Assembly: GCA_038248345.1 (NCBI GenBank)
Contig: JBBRXO010000002.1
Coordinates: 6,506-70,505 of the forward strand
Reading direction: 5' to 3'
DNA from: Armatimonadota bacterium
GTDB lineage: Bacteria; Armatimonadota; Hebobacteria; CAIYQO01
DNA length: 64,000 nucleotides
Positions 47,558 to 57,286 of this stretch are shown in pieces. Below the pieces are notes generated by a model. It searched no databases. It saw only the letters and a program-made list of their open reading frames with translations, and was not told the DNA's origin. The position numbers and the translations under genes were made by a program. Position 1 is the first letter of the stretch. Each line of letters opens with the position of its first letter.

Positions 47558-49639
47558 ATGGACGTGCTGGGTTGGGGGTTGCTGGCTATCTCGCTCTTTA
47601 TCGTCTGCCTGCTCGTCTGGCTGGCGGTCACCGTGTTCCTCACCGCAGAGCGGCGTGATCGGTATGTCTGGCTTATCTGTCTGGCCATGCTGGTGGGGGC
47701 GGCTTTCTTCGGCGTGCATGCCGTGTTGATGAGCAATGGGCATAACTCGGGCACCGCGCTGGCGCTGGCCCAGTGGCCGCTGGTATGGGTGGTGGGGGTG
47801 CTATTGCCCTGCGCCTGGTATATGGCGGTGCTCTGGCACACCGGCTTCTGGGAAAGTCGCCGTGCTATGCGACACCGGGCGCTGCACACCATCGCCTATT
47901 ATGCGCTAGTGGTTTTTCTCTTCACCTGTGCCATACTGGTGTTCTCTGATCCCACTATCCGTGCTCATCCCTGGGCATTGTTATCCCCTTTCAACCCGGC
48001 ATACATCCTCGCCGGGCCATATTTTCACCGGGTGCCGGTGCTGGCGCTCATCTTCATCACCGTCATGGTGCTCTGCATTGCGCTGGCGCTCGATGTGCTC
48101 TATCATCCGGCACCCTCGGCACGGCTGATGGGCGACACCGCCCGCATGCGCGCACGGCCATATCTGGTGGGCATCACTCTGGCGCCCTTTGCCGTCAGTC
48201 TGCTGGTGTGCGGTACGTTGCTGCACTTCATGCCGGAGATACTCTACATTCACTCACGTACCCTCGCACCGGCGACCGCCCTGCAGATGAGTTGGATTGA
48301 CCTCGCTATTGTCACGCTGATTGCAGCCACCGTCTTCCTTATGGGGCAGGCCATCGTCTCCTACGAGATCTTCACCGGCAATGCGCTGTTACGTCAGGGG
48401 TTGCGCCGGCGCTGGTACAGCGCGGTGACGCTGGCCGCTGGCTTCAGCGCACTGCTCGGCGCACTGGTGGTTTTTGATTTGCCCATCGTCTTCGGCGCGC
48501 TCATCATCTGCGCGGTGGTGGGGGCGCTCTACGCCGTCAACACCTGGCGCAGCTTCGCCGAACACGAGGCCGCTATCGCCAATATCCGCCTTTTTACCAC
48601 CGGGAACCTCGCCTACGACGCCCCCGCGGAGCATGAGCTGTACTTCCAGCAACTCTGCGAGAAGTTCCTCGGCGTGCGCAGCGCCGGCCTGCTACCGCTG
48701 GGGTCGTATGCGCTGCTCCTGCGCCCGCTGGCCTACCCGACGGATAGCCAGTTGCCGGATTCCGTGACCGCCCTCGCTGCGCAGTTCACTGACCCACAGA
48801 CGCTCTGCCTGCCGATTGCGACGCCTCCATTTTCCTGGGCCGTGCCGCTCTGGCACGAGCGCGGTCTGAATGGACTGCTGCTGCTGGGCGCGAAGCGCGA
48901 CGACGGCCTCTACACGCAGGAGGAGATGGAGGTGGCGCGCGCCATCGGCGAGCAATTGCTGGAACGGCTGGCGGGCAATGAATTGACGCGGCGGTTGGTG
49001 CTGCTGCAACGCACGCGCATGATGGAGGAACAGGTGGTAGATCAGCGCACGCGGCGCACGCTGCATGATGAAGTGCTACCCAGTGTGCAGACGCTGATGA
49101 TCGCCTTGAGCGCCGGGCAACTGGACACCCCGGCGCTGCTGACACAACTTACGGAGGTGCATCAGCAGATCGCCGATATCCTGCACGCCATGCCCACCGC
49201 CAGCAACAACACCCTGCAGGAGAAAGGCATCGTCGGCGCGCTGCAGCAGTTCATCGAGGTCGACCTGCGCGACAGTTTCGCGAACGTCAGCTGGGAGCTA
49301 TGCCCCGGCTACGGTGAGCGGCTGGCCGCCCTCCCTCCGCTCACCACCGAGGTGCTCTTCGGCGCCGCGCGCGAAGCCGTGCGCAACGCCGCCCGCCACG
49401 CCGCCGGTGGCGATACCTCTCGCCCCATTCAGCTGCACCTGCGTGTAACGGATACCGACGGCCTGCTACGCCTCATCATCGAAGACGACGGCATCGGCCA
49501 CGCCGCCCCCCAGGTAACCACCAGCACCGGCCACGGCGTCATGCTGCACAGCACGCTGCTGGCGGTAATTGGAGGTAGCTGGGAGATGACCAGTACGGCA
49601 GGAACGGGTACGCGGGTTTCATTGCGAGTGAGTGGGTAA
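47558..49639 (+). CDS. Sensor histidine kinase (polytopic N-terminal membrane domain; HisKA_3-type dimerisation, HATPase_c)
   Basis: H-box LHDEVLPSVQTL, C-terminal ATPase motifs; partner of the LuxR-type regulator. Confidence 0.65.
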   Translation: MDVLGWGLLAISLFIVCLLVWLAVTVFLTAERRDRYVWLICLAMLVGAAFFGVHAVLMSNGHNSGTALALAQWPLVWVVGVLLPCAWYMAVLWHTGFWESRRAMRHRALHTIAYYALVVFLFTCAILVFSDPTIRAHPWALLSPFNPAYILAGPYFHRVPVLALIFITVMVLCIALALDVLYHPAPSARLMGDTARMRARPYLVGITLAPFAVSLLVCGTLLHFMPEILYIHSRTLAPATALQMSWIDLAIVTLIAATVFLMGQAIVSYEIFTGNALLRQGLRRRWYSAVTLAAGFSALLGALVVFDLPIVFGALIICAVVGALYAVNTWRSFAEHEAAIANIRLFTTGNLAYDAPAEHELYFQQLCEKFLGVRSAGLLPLGSYALLLRPLAYPTDSQLPDSVTALAAQFTDPQTLCLPIATPPFSWAVPLWHERGLNGLLLLGAKRDDGLYTQEEMEVARAIGEQLLERLAGNELTRRLVLLQRTRMMEEQVVDQRTRRTLHDEVLPSVQTLMIALSAGQLDTPALLTQLTEVHQQIADILHAMPTASNNTLQEKGIVGALQQFIEVDLRDSFANVSWELCPGYGERLAALPPLTTEVLFGAAREAVRNAARHAAGGDTSRPIQLHLRVTDTDGLLRLIIEDDGIGHAAPQVTTSTGHGVMLHSTLLAVIGGSWEMTSTAGTGTRVSLRVSG

Positions 49640-49699
49640 GCCTCTCAGGAGTATCGTTTTTAGCGCCAGTCACTAAAAACGATACTCCGGGGTTTCCGA

Positions 49700-49762
49700 T
49701 CCTTTACCACGCGCTAAAGCACATGGCTATAAGATCAAGCACCCTGAAGGGCGCTGCTAATC
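49700..49762 (-). repeat. Modular hairpin repeat family 2, copy e (inverted relative to copy f)
   Basis: Reverse complement cagcgcccttcagggtgcttgatcttatagccatgtgctttagcgcgtggt aligns with 49818..49885. Confidence 0.6.
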
Positions 49763-49817
49763 CAATAATTACTTCCTTTATCTGCCCATGCCACGAAAAG
49801 CCATAACGTTTATTCTC

Positions 49818-49885
49818 AATTAGATGATAGAGCGCTTTAGCGTGCTTGATCTTATAGCCACGTCCTTTAGGGCGTGGAGGTGTCA
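49818..49885 (+). repeat. Modular hairpin repeat family 2, copy f
   Basis: gatagagcgctttagcgtgcttgatcttatagccacgtcctttagggcgtgga. Confidence 0.6.
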
Positions 49886-49963
49886 CAGCATCGGGGTGCG
49901 GATATCTAAATACGATAATCCCTCACCCTTGCGCCTCGCCCCCGCCAGTGATAAAATATTCAT

Positions 49964-50587
49964 ATGGCTGACTACATCGTTATCGGTGATATCCACGGCA
50001 TGGATGGAATGCTGGACAAGCTGCTGGGGTGCCTGCCGGAGGCGGGGACACTGGTGTTTCTCGGCGACTATATCGACCGCGGGCCGGGATCGCGCAAAGT
50101 GCTTGAGCGGCTGCTGGAGCTGGAACAACAGCGCACGTGCGTCTTCCTGCGCGGCAACCATGAGATGCTGGCGCTGGATGCCCTGAAAGGTGACCAGCAG
50201 GCGGAGCTGACCTGGATATTTAACGGCGGCGCAGAGACTATCACTGAATACGACGACGGGATTTTTCCGCCCGAGCACCTTGATTTCATCAAGCGCACGC
50301 AGCTTTACCACCTCACCCCCGAGACGATATTTGTCCACGCTGGGCTGGAGCCGGGTATCCCGATAGAATTGAATGAAGAGCGTACCTTCTGCTGGATGCG
50401 CGAACCATTCCTGAGCAGCGCCTATCACTGGGGCCGTCTGGTCGTTCACGGCCATACGCCTAACCATGCTTATAAAACAGAAATTCGCCCCAACCGCATT
50501 AACATCGACACCGGGGCCGTATACGGTGGGGCGCTGACAGCGCTACTGCTCCCAGAACGTGAGTTCATTGCAGTGACGAGTGGATAG
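49964..50587 (+). CDS. Metallophosphoesterase (PPP-family Ser/Thr phosphatase / ApaH-like)
   Basis: GDIHG ... GDYIDRG ... RGNHE motifs. Confidence 0.65.
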   Translation: MADYIVIGDIHGMDGMLDKLLGCLPEAGTLVFLGDYIDRGPGSRKVLERLLELEQQRTCVFLRGNHEMLALDALKGDQQAELTWIFNGGAETITEYDDGIFPPEHLDFIKRTQLYHLTPETIFVHAGLEPGIPIELNEERTFCWMREPFLSSAYHWGRLVVHGHTPNHAYKTEIRPNRINIDTGAVYGGALTALLLPEREFIAVTSG

Positions 50588-50627
50588 CAAATATACTTCT
50601 GACGTGAGCGTATAACCTTTTAAGCAG

Positions 50628-51722
50628 CTACCGCCCCATCCCAGCGAGGTCGCGCTCCACTGTCCCACAGATGCAATGCAGTAGCGCCATGTGCGCCAAC
50701 TGAATATTGGGGGTATCCGTGGTGGGCACATCAAAAATGATATCACACATACCCGCAAGGGCGCTTGGATTCCCACCGGTAAAGGCGATCACTTTCATTT
50801 GCCGTTCCCGTGCTGCTTCGGCGGCGGCGACGATATTGGGGGTGTTGCCGCTGGTGGAGACCGCAATTAATATGTCACCTGCATAGCCCAACGCCTCCAC
50901 CTGGCGGGAGAAGATATGCTTAAACCCGTAATTATTGCTCAATGAAGTCACCACCGAGGAGTCAGCAGTGAGGGCAATCACAGGCCAGCCACGCCGCTCC
51001 AGCTTATGGCGCCCCACTAGCTCTGCGGCGAAATGCTGGGCTTCCGCTGCACTACCGCCGTTGCCACAGGTAAGGACTTTGCTGCCTGTCCGCAGTGCTG
51101 CTGAAATTACTTCCGCCGCGCGCGCCACTTCGCCCGCCAGCTTATAGGCCGTCTGGCGTAGCATATTACTCGCGGTGAGTAATTCATCGGAGATTGAACA
51201 GATCACCTCGGCATCAGCATCCTCGGGCGCCAGCAATCTACTGATGATCTTCGAGGTGCTCACGCCCTCAATCAACGGAAGAATACAAACTTCCCCACCC
51301 CCGGCGCGGACTACGGATGTCTCCGGCAGACTCTCCACCGTGTAGTCACCGGATTTGCAGTGAATATGCGGCATAATCGCGGCTAGCCACGCATCTGGCA
51401 CGGCATCGCTGAAGACAATCACATAATCCACCGCCCGCAACGCCGCCAGCTGGATAGCCCGATCCTGCTCATTGATGATAGGGCGCCCGGCCCCCTTCAA
51501 CCGCTGTACCGAGCTGTCACTGTTCAGTCCCACAATCAGCAAATCGCCCTGCGCGCGCGCCGCTTGAAGCGAGGAGATATGCCCGGCATGGAGCAGGTCA
51601 AAGCATCCGTTAGTAGTAACGATCACTTCACCGCGCTCACGACGAGTAGCGATTTCCCCCAGCAATTCATCCAGGGGGAGCGGCAGCGGGTTAATAGCGG
51701 ATATCACATATGGGTAGTTCAT
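50628..51722 (-). CDS. Fusion protein: N-terminal RfaE-domain-II-type nucleotidyltransferase (HldE C-terminal-like, GCFDLLHAGH) plus C-terminal SIS domain (GmhA-like sedoheptulose-7-P isomerase)
   Basis: Both domain signatures read in one 364-aa translation. Confidence 0.6.
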   Translation of the reverse strand: MNYPYVISAINPLPLPLDELLGEIATRRERGEVIVTTNGCFDLLHAGHISSLQAARAQGDLLIVGLNSDSSVQRLKGAGRPIINEQDRAIQLAALRAVDYVIVFSDAVPDAWLAAIMPHIHCKSGDYTVESLPETSVVRAGGGEVCILPLIEGVSTSKIISRLLAPEDADAEVICSISDELLTASNMLRQTAYKLAGEVARAAEVISAALRTGSKVLTCGNGGSAAEAQHFAAELVGRHKLERRGWPVIALTADSSVVTSLSNNYGFKHIFSRQVEALGYAGDILIAVSTSGNTPNIVAAAEAARERQMKVIAFTGGNPSALAGMCDIIFDVPTTDTPNIQLAHMALLHCICGTVERDLAGMGR

Positions 51723-51796
51723 AGTTAGTATATTTCCCCATCAAACCACAAAATCCTTTTTATCATTATTCCTCTTCTATTCGCTTTTGTCTGTGG

Positions 51797-51818
51797 TTAA
51801 TTAACAGTTTCCTAACAG
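51797..51818 (+). promoter_or_regulatory. PhoP-type direct repeats (TTAACAgtttccTAACAG, 11-12-bp periodicity) upstream of the porin gene
   Basis: Resembles the TT(A/T/C)ACA-N5 repeats bound by PhoP-family regulators; additional (C/T)TAACA copies further downstream. Confidence 0.35.
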
Positions 51819-52053
51819 ATAGTCCAGCTTGTATATCGTCAAATTCACGCGTGGTTGAACGGTTCTTAACATAACAAATACCAGCATCATTCTATGTCAA
51901 CAAAATACGAATTAAAAATTAACATGCGCACAATGATGTGCTAACCGAGTCCTAACAAAACTCTTGCATTCTACTAATGTAGCAACGCGGAAGGTGAATT
52001 TTGAAAACATCCGCACGTCAAAAAACTCTGGCTTTTTGAAAGGAGCAGAAGAG

Positions 52054-53211
52054 ATGAACAGATCATGGAAAATAGCCGTCGTTCTCGGCATGGCACTTGT
52101 TGCCGCCGGGGCAGTACAGGCACAGTCGGCCACGGCGGCCAAACCGGTGGCCGTGGCCGTGGTTCCGTCAGTTGACACCACCATCATTAAAATTGATGGC
52201 CGGATGTACTCCGGGCTAGTAGTCACGGGCCGCGATGGCGCGTACAGCAATCGCAGCATCATTATCCCTGATGCCAAGCTTCGCTTTACCATCAACCCAA
52301 GCAAGAACATAACCATCGTCAACCGTTTCGACACCAAAAACGCTGCAACTAATGGATTTGATTACTTCTATATGGACGTAAAAAACTATGATGGCGCCAA
52401 AACCGGCAACGTGCTCCGCGTTGGCAAAATTAAAGCCGACTTCGGCGAAGAGACCTGGACCGACAATCCGGTAGAAAACTACCTGGTTTCCAACTCCGTG
52501 GCCTCGATAGGCGGCTATGATGAAGGCGTGAACTTCCGCGGCGCCATCCCCGGTTCCACCCCCGCCACCTACTCCTTCGCCCTGCTCAACGCCAGCAAGG
52601 ATGTCGCTATCTCTGCAAAAGGTATGGCCACTGCTACCAAGGTATCTGTTGCCCCTACCAAGGATCTGTACTTCTCCGGCAGCTATTATCAAACCGGCGA
52701 CCTGGTAAAGACTGATGGCACGCTTGCCGATAGCGATCTAAAAATTGCCGGTATGCAAAAGGCCCCGGCCGGAGCCACCAGCTGGAAACGGAATGTATGG
52801 GAAGCCGATATGCGCTGGAACTACGGCGCCACCGGGCAGAAAGCGGCCATCGGCGGCAAATTCACCACCCCATTTCAGTTCGCCGCCGCCTTCGGTCAAT
52901 TCGATGACCAGGCTACCGGGACGGCCACAGCCGACCGTAAAGGCGACTACTGGTATGCCGAAGGTCAGTATAACGTTAACAAAAAGCTTTACTTCGCCAC
53001 GCGTTACAGCGTAACCAGTCTTAAAAATGGCGCTAAAGAAAAATTGGCCGACAGCCCGGTGGCCGTTAGCGAATATCGCCGCTTTTCCGTAGGCGGTGGG
53101 TACCGCATGAGCGCTATGACCCAGCTAAAACTGGAAGTGAGCAACAACGACGCACGCGACAGCAAAAAGATGCTGAACCAGTATTCCCTCGGCATCGCAA
53201 CAAAATTCTAA
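52054..53211 (+). CDS. Outer-membrane beta-barrel porin-like protein (signal peptide; C-terminal ...IATKF), likely a phosphate-regulon porin
   Basis: Signal peptide MNRSWKIAVVLGMALVAAGAVQAQ, amphipathic beta pattern, sequence ends in Phe, location directly upstream of pstS. Confidence 0.5.
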   Translation: MNRSWKIAVVLGMALVAAGAVQAQSATAAKPVAVAVVPSVDTTIIKIDGRMYSGLVVTGRDGAYSNRSIIIPDAKLRFTINPSKNITIVNRFDTKNAATNGFDYFYMDVKNYDGAKTGNVLRVGKIKADFGEETWTDNPVENYLVSNSVASIGGYDEGVNFRGAIPGSTPATYSFALLNASKDVAISAKGMATATKVSVAPTKDLYFSGSYYQTGDLVKTDGTLADSDLKIAGMQKAPAGATSWKRNVWEADMRWNYGATGQKAAIGGKFTTPFQFAAAFGQFDDQATGTATADRKGDYWYAEGQYNVNKKLYFATRYSVTSLKNGAKEKLADSPVAVSEYRRFSVGGGYRMSAMTQLKLEVSNNDARDSKKMLNQYSLGIATKF

Positions 53212-53233
53212 CGACACCTACAACTCACACTGC

Positions 53234-53258
53234 CCTAACAAATCCCTAACATTACAAC
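53234..53258 (+). promoter_or_regulatory. PhoP-type direct repeats (CCTAACAaatcCCTAACAttacaa) upstream of pstS
   Basis: 11-bp spaced CTAACA repeats. Confidence 0.35.
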
Positions 53259-53381
53259 TTTAAAATATGGTTGTAATCAATACAGTGTCAGCATAGGTGA
53301 GTACGGCATCGCCGACCACCATCCCATGAATGACCGCTAACGGTCATTCATGGGAAACGAAACAAACGGAGGAGAGATCAG

Positions 53382-54503
53382 ATGAAGACCCTGAAATTGG
53401 CTGGATGGATGAAAGTATCAGCTATCGCAGCAATCTGCTTACTAACCGCATTTATCTTGAGTTCATGCGGCGAAAAGCCAACCCCAACCCCTGGAAGCGA
53501 AGGCGCCACCGGGACGCCCGTTGAATTGATGGGCGCCGGCGCTACCTTCCCTAATCCGCTGTACGTCAAGTGGATGGATGCCTACGCCAAGGCTAATCCT
53601 GACGTAAAGATCAACTACCAGTCCGTTGGCTCCGGCGCGGGCATCAAGCAACTCCAGGAAGGCACCGTCGACTTCGGCGGCAGCGATGCTCCCCTGAACG
53701 CTGAAGAAACGACTGGTATGAAGGGCGGCTCGGTAGTCCATTTACCGATGGTTGCTGGCGCAGTGGTACTGGCTTACAACCTCCCGGGAATTAATTCCGG
53801 CCTGAAGCTGACCCCTGAAGTTGTTGCAAACATCTACCTCGGCAAAATTAAAAAATGGAATGACAAGCAGATCACCGCGCTGAACCCGGACATGAAGTTA
53901 CCTGATTCTGAAATCGGTACTGTACATCGCAGCGACGGTTCCGGCACCACCTACATCTTCACTTCCTACTTGGCCGCTGTGAACGATGACTGGAACAAAA
54001 TCGGCGCCAATAAATCACCAAAATGGCCAGAAGGCATCGGCATCGGCGGCAAAGGCAACGACGGTATTGCTGCTGAACTGAAGAAGGGTGAAGGCTCTAT
54101 CGGCTACGTAGAATTATCCTACGCCGTGCAGAACAAGTTGACCTTCGCTTCGATCAAAAATAAGGCTGGCAACTTCATCGAGCCAACCATCAAGTCAACC
54201 ACCGCCGCTATGGCCGGTAAGGCTGCCGATTTGGCAAAAGACATCAAGTCCCCGATCATCAATTCGGATGACAAAGATGCTTATCCCATAGCTGGCATCA
54301 CCTATATCATGATCTACACCGACCAGAAGGATCCCAAAAAAGGCCAGGCACTGGTTAATTACCTGAACTGGGCAATTCACGACGGCGAGAAGATGGCCGA
54401 AGAATTACTCTATGCGCCACTACCTGACGCGCTGGTGAAGGTAAACGAGAAAACCCTGGAAACCATCACTACCGGTGGCAAGCCCATCAAAGCCGGGAAA
54501 TAG
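53382..54503 (+). CDS. pstS: Phosphate ABC transporter substrate-binding protein
   Basis: Lipoprotein-like signal peptide (LSSCG); GAGATFPNPLYVKWMDAY PstS motif. Confidence 0.85.
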   Translation: MKTLKLAGWMKVSAIAAICLLTAFILSSCGEKPTPTPGSEGATGTPVELMGAGATFPNPLYVKWMDAYAKANPDVKINYQSVGSGAGIKQLQEGTVDFGGSDAPLNAEETTGMKGGSVVHLPMVAGAVVLAYNLPGINSGLKLTPEVVANIYLGKIKKWNDKQITALNPDMKLPDSEIGTVHRSDGSGTTYIFTSYLAAVNDDWNKIGANKSPKWPEGIGIGGKGNDGIAAELKKGEGSIGYVELSYAVQNKLTFASIKNKAGNFIEPTIKSTTAAMAGKAADLAKDIKSPIINSDDKDAYPIAGITYIMIYTDQKDPKKGQALVNYLNWAIHDGEKMAEELLYAPLPDALVKVNEKTLETITTGGKPIKAGK

Positions 54504-54620
54504 TTTATCATAGCAATATGATCAGACTGGGTGAGGGTCGGTATAACTACCTTCCCTCACCCGCTAACTTGCCTGATAACACAAAAATGTAATATTATAG
54601 GATGTTCACGCGGAGGTTTT

Positions 54621-55586
54621 ATGGCACTAGATGCGGACAAGCGAAGTTTAAAACGTCAGGGGATTTTCGGTTCCGGTATTGTAGACCGCTATTTTCGTTC
54701 CATAACCTTTCTACTAGCTATTATCGTACCTATCCTGATCATTGTGTTGGTGTATGTGCTAGGTAAAGAGTCTTCAGCTGCCTGGTTCAAATTCAACTGG
54801 TCATTCCTCACTTCTTCCAATTGGGATCCGGGTAAAAACGACTATCACGTCTTTTTTGCCATCTATGGTACCATCGTTTCTTCGATACTGGCGTTGATCA
54901 TCGCCGTACCACTTAGTCTGGGGGCAGCCGTCTGTCTGTCCGAGCTAGCACCCCGCTGGCTTCGTGAGCCGGCCTCGTTTTTTATCGAATTACTTGCTGC
55001 TGTTCCTAGTATCGTCTATGGTCTCTGGGGTATCTTCGTGATGGCGCCTGTCCTTAAAAACTGTGAAGTGTGGTTAGGACAGAAATTCCCCTATATACCA
55101 CTTTTTGCAGGCACGCCACGTGGCGCTGACATGCTTGCCGCTGGGGTTATCCTGGCTATCATGATATTGCCCTATATCACCAGTGTCTCACGTGATGTAA
55201 TCCAGGCAGTACCTGCCACCCAACGCGAGGCAGCCCTGGCGCTTGGCGCCACACAATGGGAAGCTATCCGCGGACCGGTATTTAAATATGCACGCTCCGG
55301 TATCATCGGGGCTATCATCCTGGGGCTGGGGCGGGCGCTGGGCGAAACTATGGCGGTGACGATGGTGATCGGCAATATGCCCAATGTCTCCGCCTCCCTC
55401 TTCAGTCCGGCCTATACCATGCCCAGCTTGCTGGCTAACCAATTCAACGAGGCCTCGAACATGCAATTATCCGCGCTGACGTTAGTGGCGCTAGTGCTGG
55501 TGGTGATAACGATAATAATCAATATCATCGCCCGACTGCTTATCTGGAGCGTCTCCAGCAAGGGCGAAAATAAGGGGGCCTGCTGA
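54621..55586 (+). CDS. pstC: Phosphate ABC transporter permease PstC
   Basis: Start at MALDADKRS with a GGAGG RBS; permease EAA-like loop. Confidence 0.8.
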   Translation: MALDADKRSLKRQGIFGSGIVDRYFRSITFLLAIIVPILIIVLVYVLGKESSAAWFKFNWSFLTSSNWDPGKNDYHVFFAIYGTIVSSILALIIAVPLSLGAAVCLSELAPRWLREPASFFIELLAAVPSIVYGLWGIFVMAPVLKNCEVWLGQKFPYIPLFAGTPRGADMLAAGVILAIMILPYITSVSRDVIQAVPATQREAALALGATQWEAIRGPVFKYARSGIIGAIILGLGRALGETMAVTMVIGNMPNVSASLFSPAYTMPSLLANQFNEASNMQLSALTLVALVLVVITIIINIIARLLIWSVSSKGENKGAC

Positions 55587-56455
55587 TGAATAGACCGCCA
55601 TTGCGACAGGCAGGGTTGGCGTTCCGCCGGAATCTCACCAATAAACTGATGTGGATATTCTGCATCGGCGCGACGTTGATTGCCATCGTCCCGCTGGGGA
55701 TGATCCTCTTCTACTTGCTCGAAAAAGGGCTTCCGAATCTCTCGCTTAACTTCTTCACCCAGCTTCCCAAACCGATGGGAGAGACCGGCGGAGGCATGAA
55801 ACACGCCATCATCGGGACGATAGAGTTGATCGCCATAGCCAGTTCTTTCGGGCTGCCTACCGGCCTACTGGGTGGGATATATCTGGCTGAATTCGGCAAT
55901 AATAAGATTGGCGGCATAATCCGCTTCACTGCCGATATCCTCGCCAGTGTCCCTTCTATTGTCATCGGTATGCTCGTATATACCATCGTAGTACTCCCCC
56001 GGCATCAATTCTCCGCACTAGCAGGCGGCATCGCACTGGGCATCATGATGATCCCCACGGTGACGCGCACTACCGAGGAGATGGTAAAGATGGTACCGAT
56101 GGAACTGCGCGAGTCAGCGCTCTCCCTGGGCGTTACGCGTGTGCGTACTATCTTCACCGTGGTGATAACCGCCGCACGCGGTGGTATTATTACCGGGGTG
56201 TTGCTGGCAATTGCTCGTATCGCTGGCGAGACCGCGCCATTGCTGTTCACAGCTTTCGGTAGTAGGTATTTGAGTACGGATATCAACAAACCTATTGCCA
56301 GTCTACCAAAACAAATCTATGATTATGCATCTGGTCCCTATGAGGCTGAACATGCACAAGCTTGGACTGGTGCGCTGGTTCTGGTAACATTGATATTGGT
56401 GTTAAGCGCAACGGCCAGATATGCGACACGCGGCCGTTATCGTATGGTGAGGTAA
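55586..56455 (+). CDS. pstA: Phosphate ABC transporter permease PstA
   Basis: Overlapping start with the pstC stop; typical PstA length. Confidence 0.8.
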   Translation: MNRPPLRQAGLAFRRNLTNKLMWIFCIGATLIAIVPLGMILFYLLEKGLPNLSLNFFTQLPKPMGETGGGMKHAIIGTIELIAIASSFGLPTGLLGGIYLAEFGNNKIGGIIRFTADILASVPSIVIGMLVYTIVVLPRHQFSALAGGIALGIMMIPTVTRTTEEMVKMVPMELRESALSLGVTRVRTIFTVVITAARGGIITGVLLAIARIAGETAPLLFTAFGSRYLSTDINKPIASLPKQIYDYASGPYEAEHAQAWTGALVLVTLILVLSATARYATRGRYRMVR

Positions 56456-57270
56456 TGATGAGTCTTACGATAAATCCGGTTATGAGTACCATTATGAACG
56501 AAAACAATGTTGAAACTGATGTTAAGATGTCAATTAAGAATCTGAACTTCCTCTATGGGAAGAAACAGACGCTTTTTGATGTCAATATCGAAATCCGCGA
56601 ACGGGAGATCACCGCTTTGATCGGGCCTTCCGGCTGCGGTAAATCGACTTTTCTTCGTACGCTGAATCGCATGAATGATGTCATCGAAGACACACATGTG
56701 CAAGGTACGGTGCTGCTGGATGGCGAGGATATCTTCGCCCCGGATGTCGACGTGGTAGCGCTTCGTCGCCGCGTGGGCATGGTCTTCCAACGCCCTACCC
56801 CCTTCCCCATGTCTATCTTCGACAACGTCGCCTATGGCGCCCGCATCAACGGGTTGGCAAAAGGCGCAAACCTTCGTGACCTGGTCGAGAAAAGTCTGAA
56901 GCGCGCCGCCCTCTTTGATGAGGTTAAAGACCTGTTACATCAGCCCGCCACCGCACTGTCCGGCGGACAACAACAACGGCTGTGCATCGCCCGTGTGCTG
57001 GCGGTAGAGCCGGAGATGGTGCTGATGGACGAGCCGTGTTCGGCACTGGATCCTATCTCGACGGCGCGTATTGAAGAGCTAATGGTCGAGTTGAAACAGG
57101 AATATACTATCGTCATCGTCACGCATAACATGCAGCAAGCGGCGCGTGTCTCCGACCGTACCGGCTTCTTCCTCACCGGCGAACTGGTGGAATTCGACTA
57201 CTCCACAAAACTATTCACCGACCCTCGCGACAAACGCACAGAAGATTATATAACTGGTCGCTTCGGCTGA
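56455..57270 (+). CDS. pstB: Phosphate import ATP-binding protein PstB
   Basis: Walker [32 protein letters not shown]. Confidence 0.85.
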   Translation: MMSLTINPVMSTIMNENNVETDVKMSIKNLNFLYGKKQTLFDVNIEIREREITALIGPSGCGKSTFLRTLNRMNDVIEDTHVQGTVLLDGEDIFAPDVDVVALRRRVGMVFQRPTPFPMSIFDNVAYGARINGLAKGANLRDLVEKSLKRAALFDEVKDLLHQPATALSGGQQQRLCIARVLAVEPEMVLMDEPCSALDPISTARIEELMVELKQEYTIVIVTHNMQQAARVSDRTGFFLTGELVEFDYSTKLFTDPRDKRTEDYITGRFG

Positions 57271-57286
57271 TCCAGATTGGAGAAAA

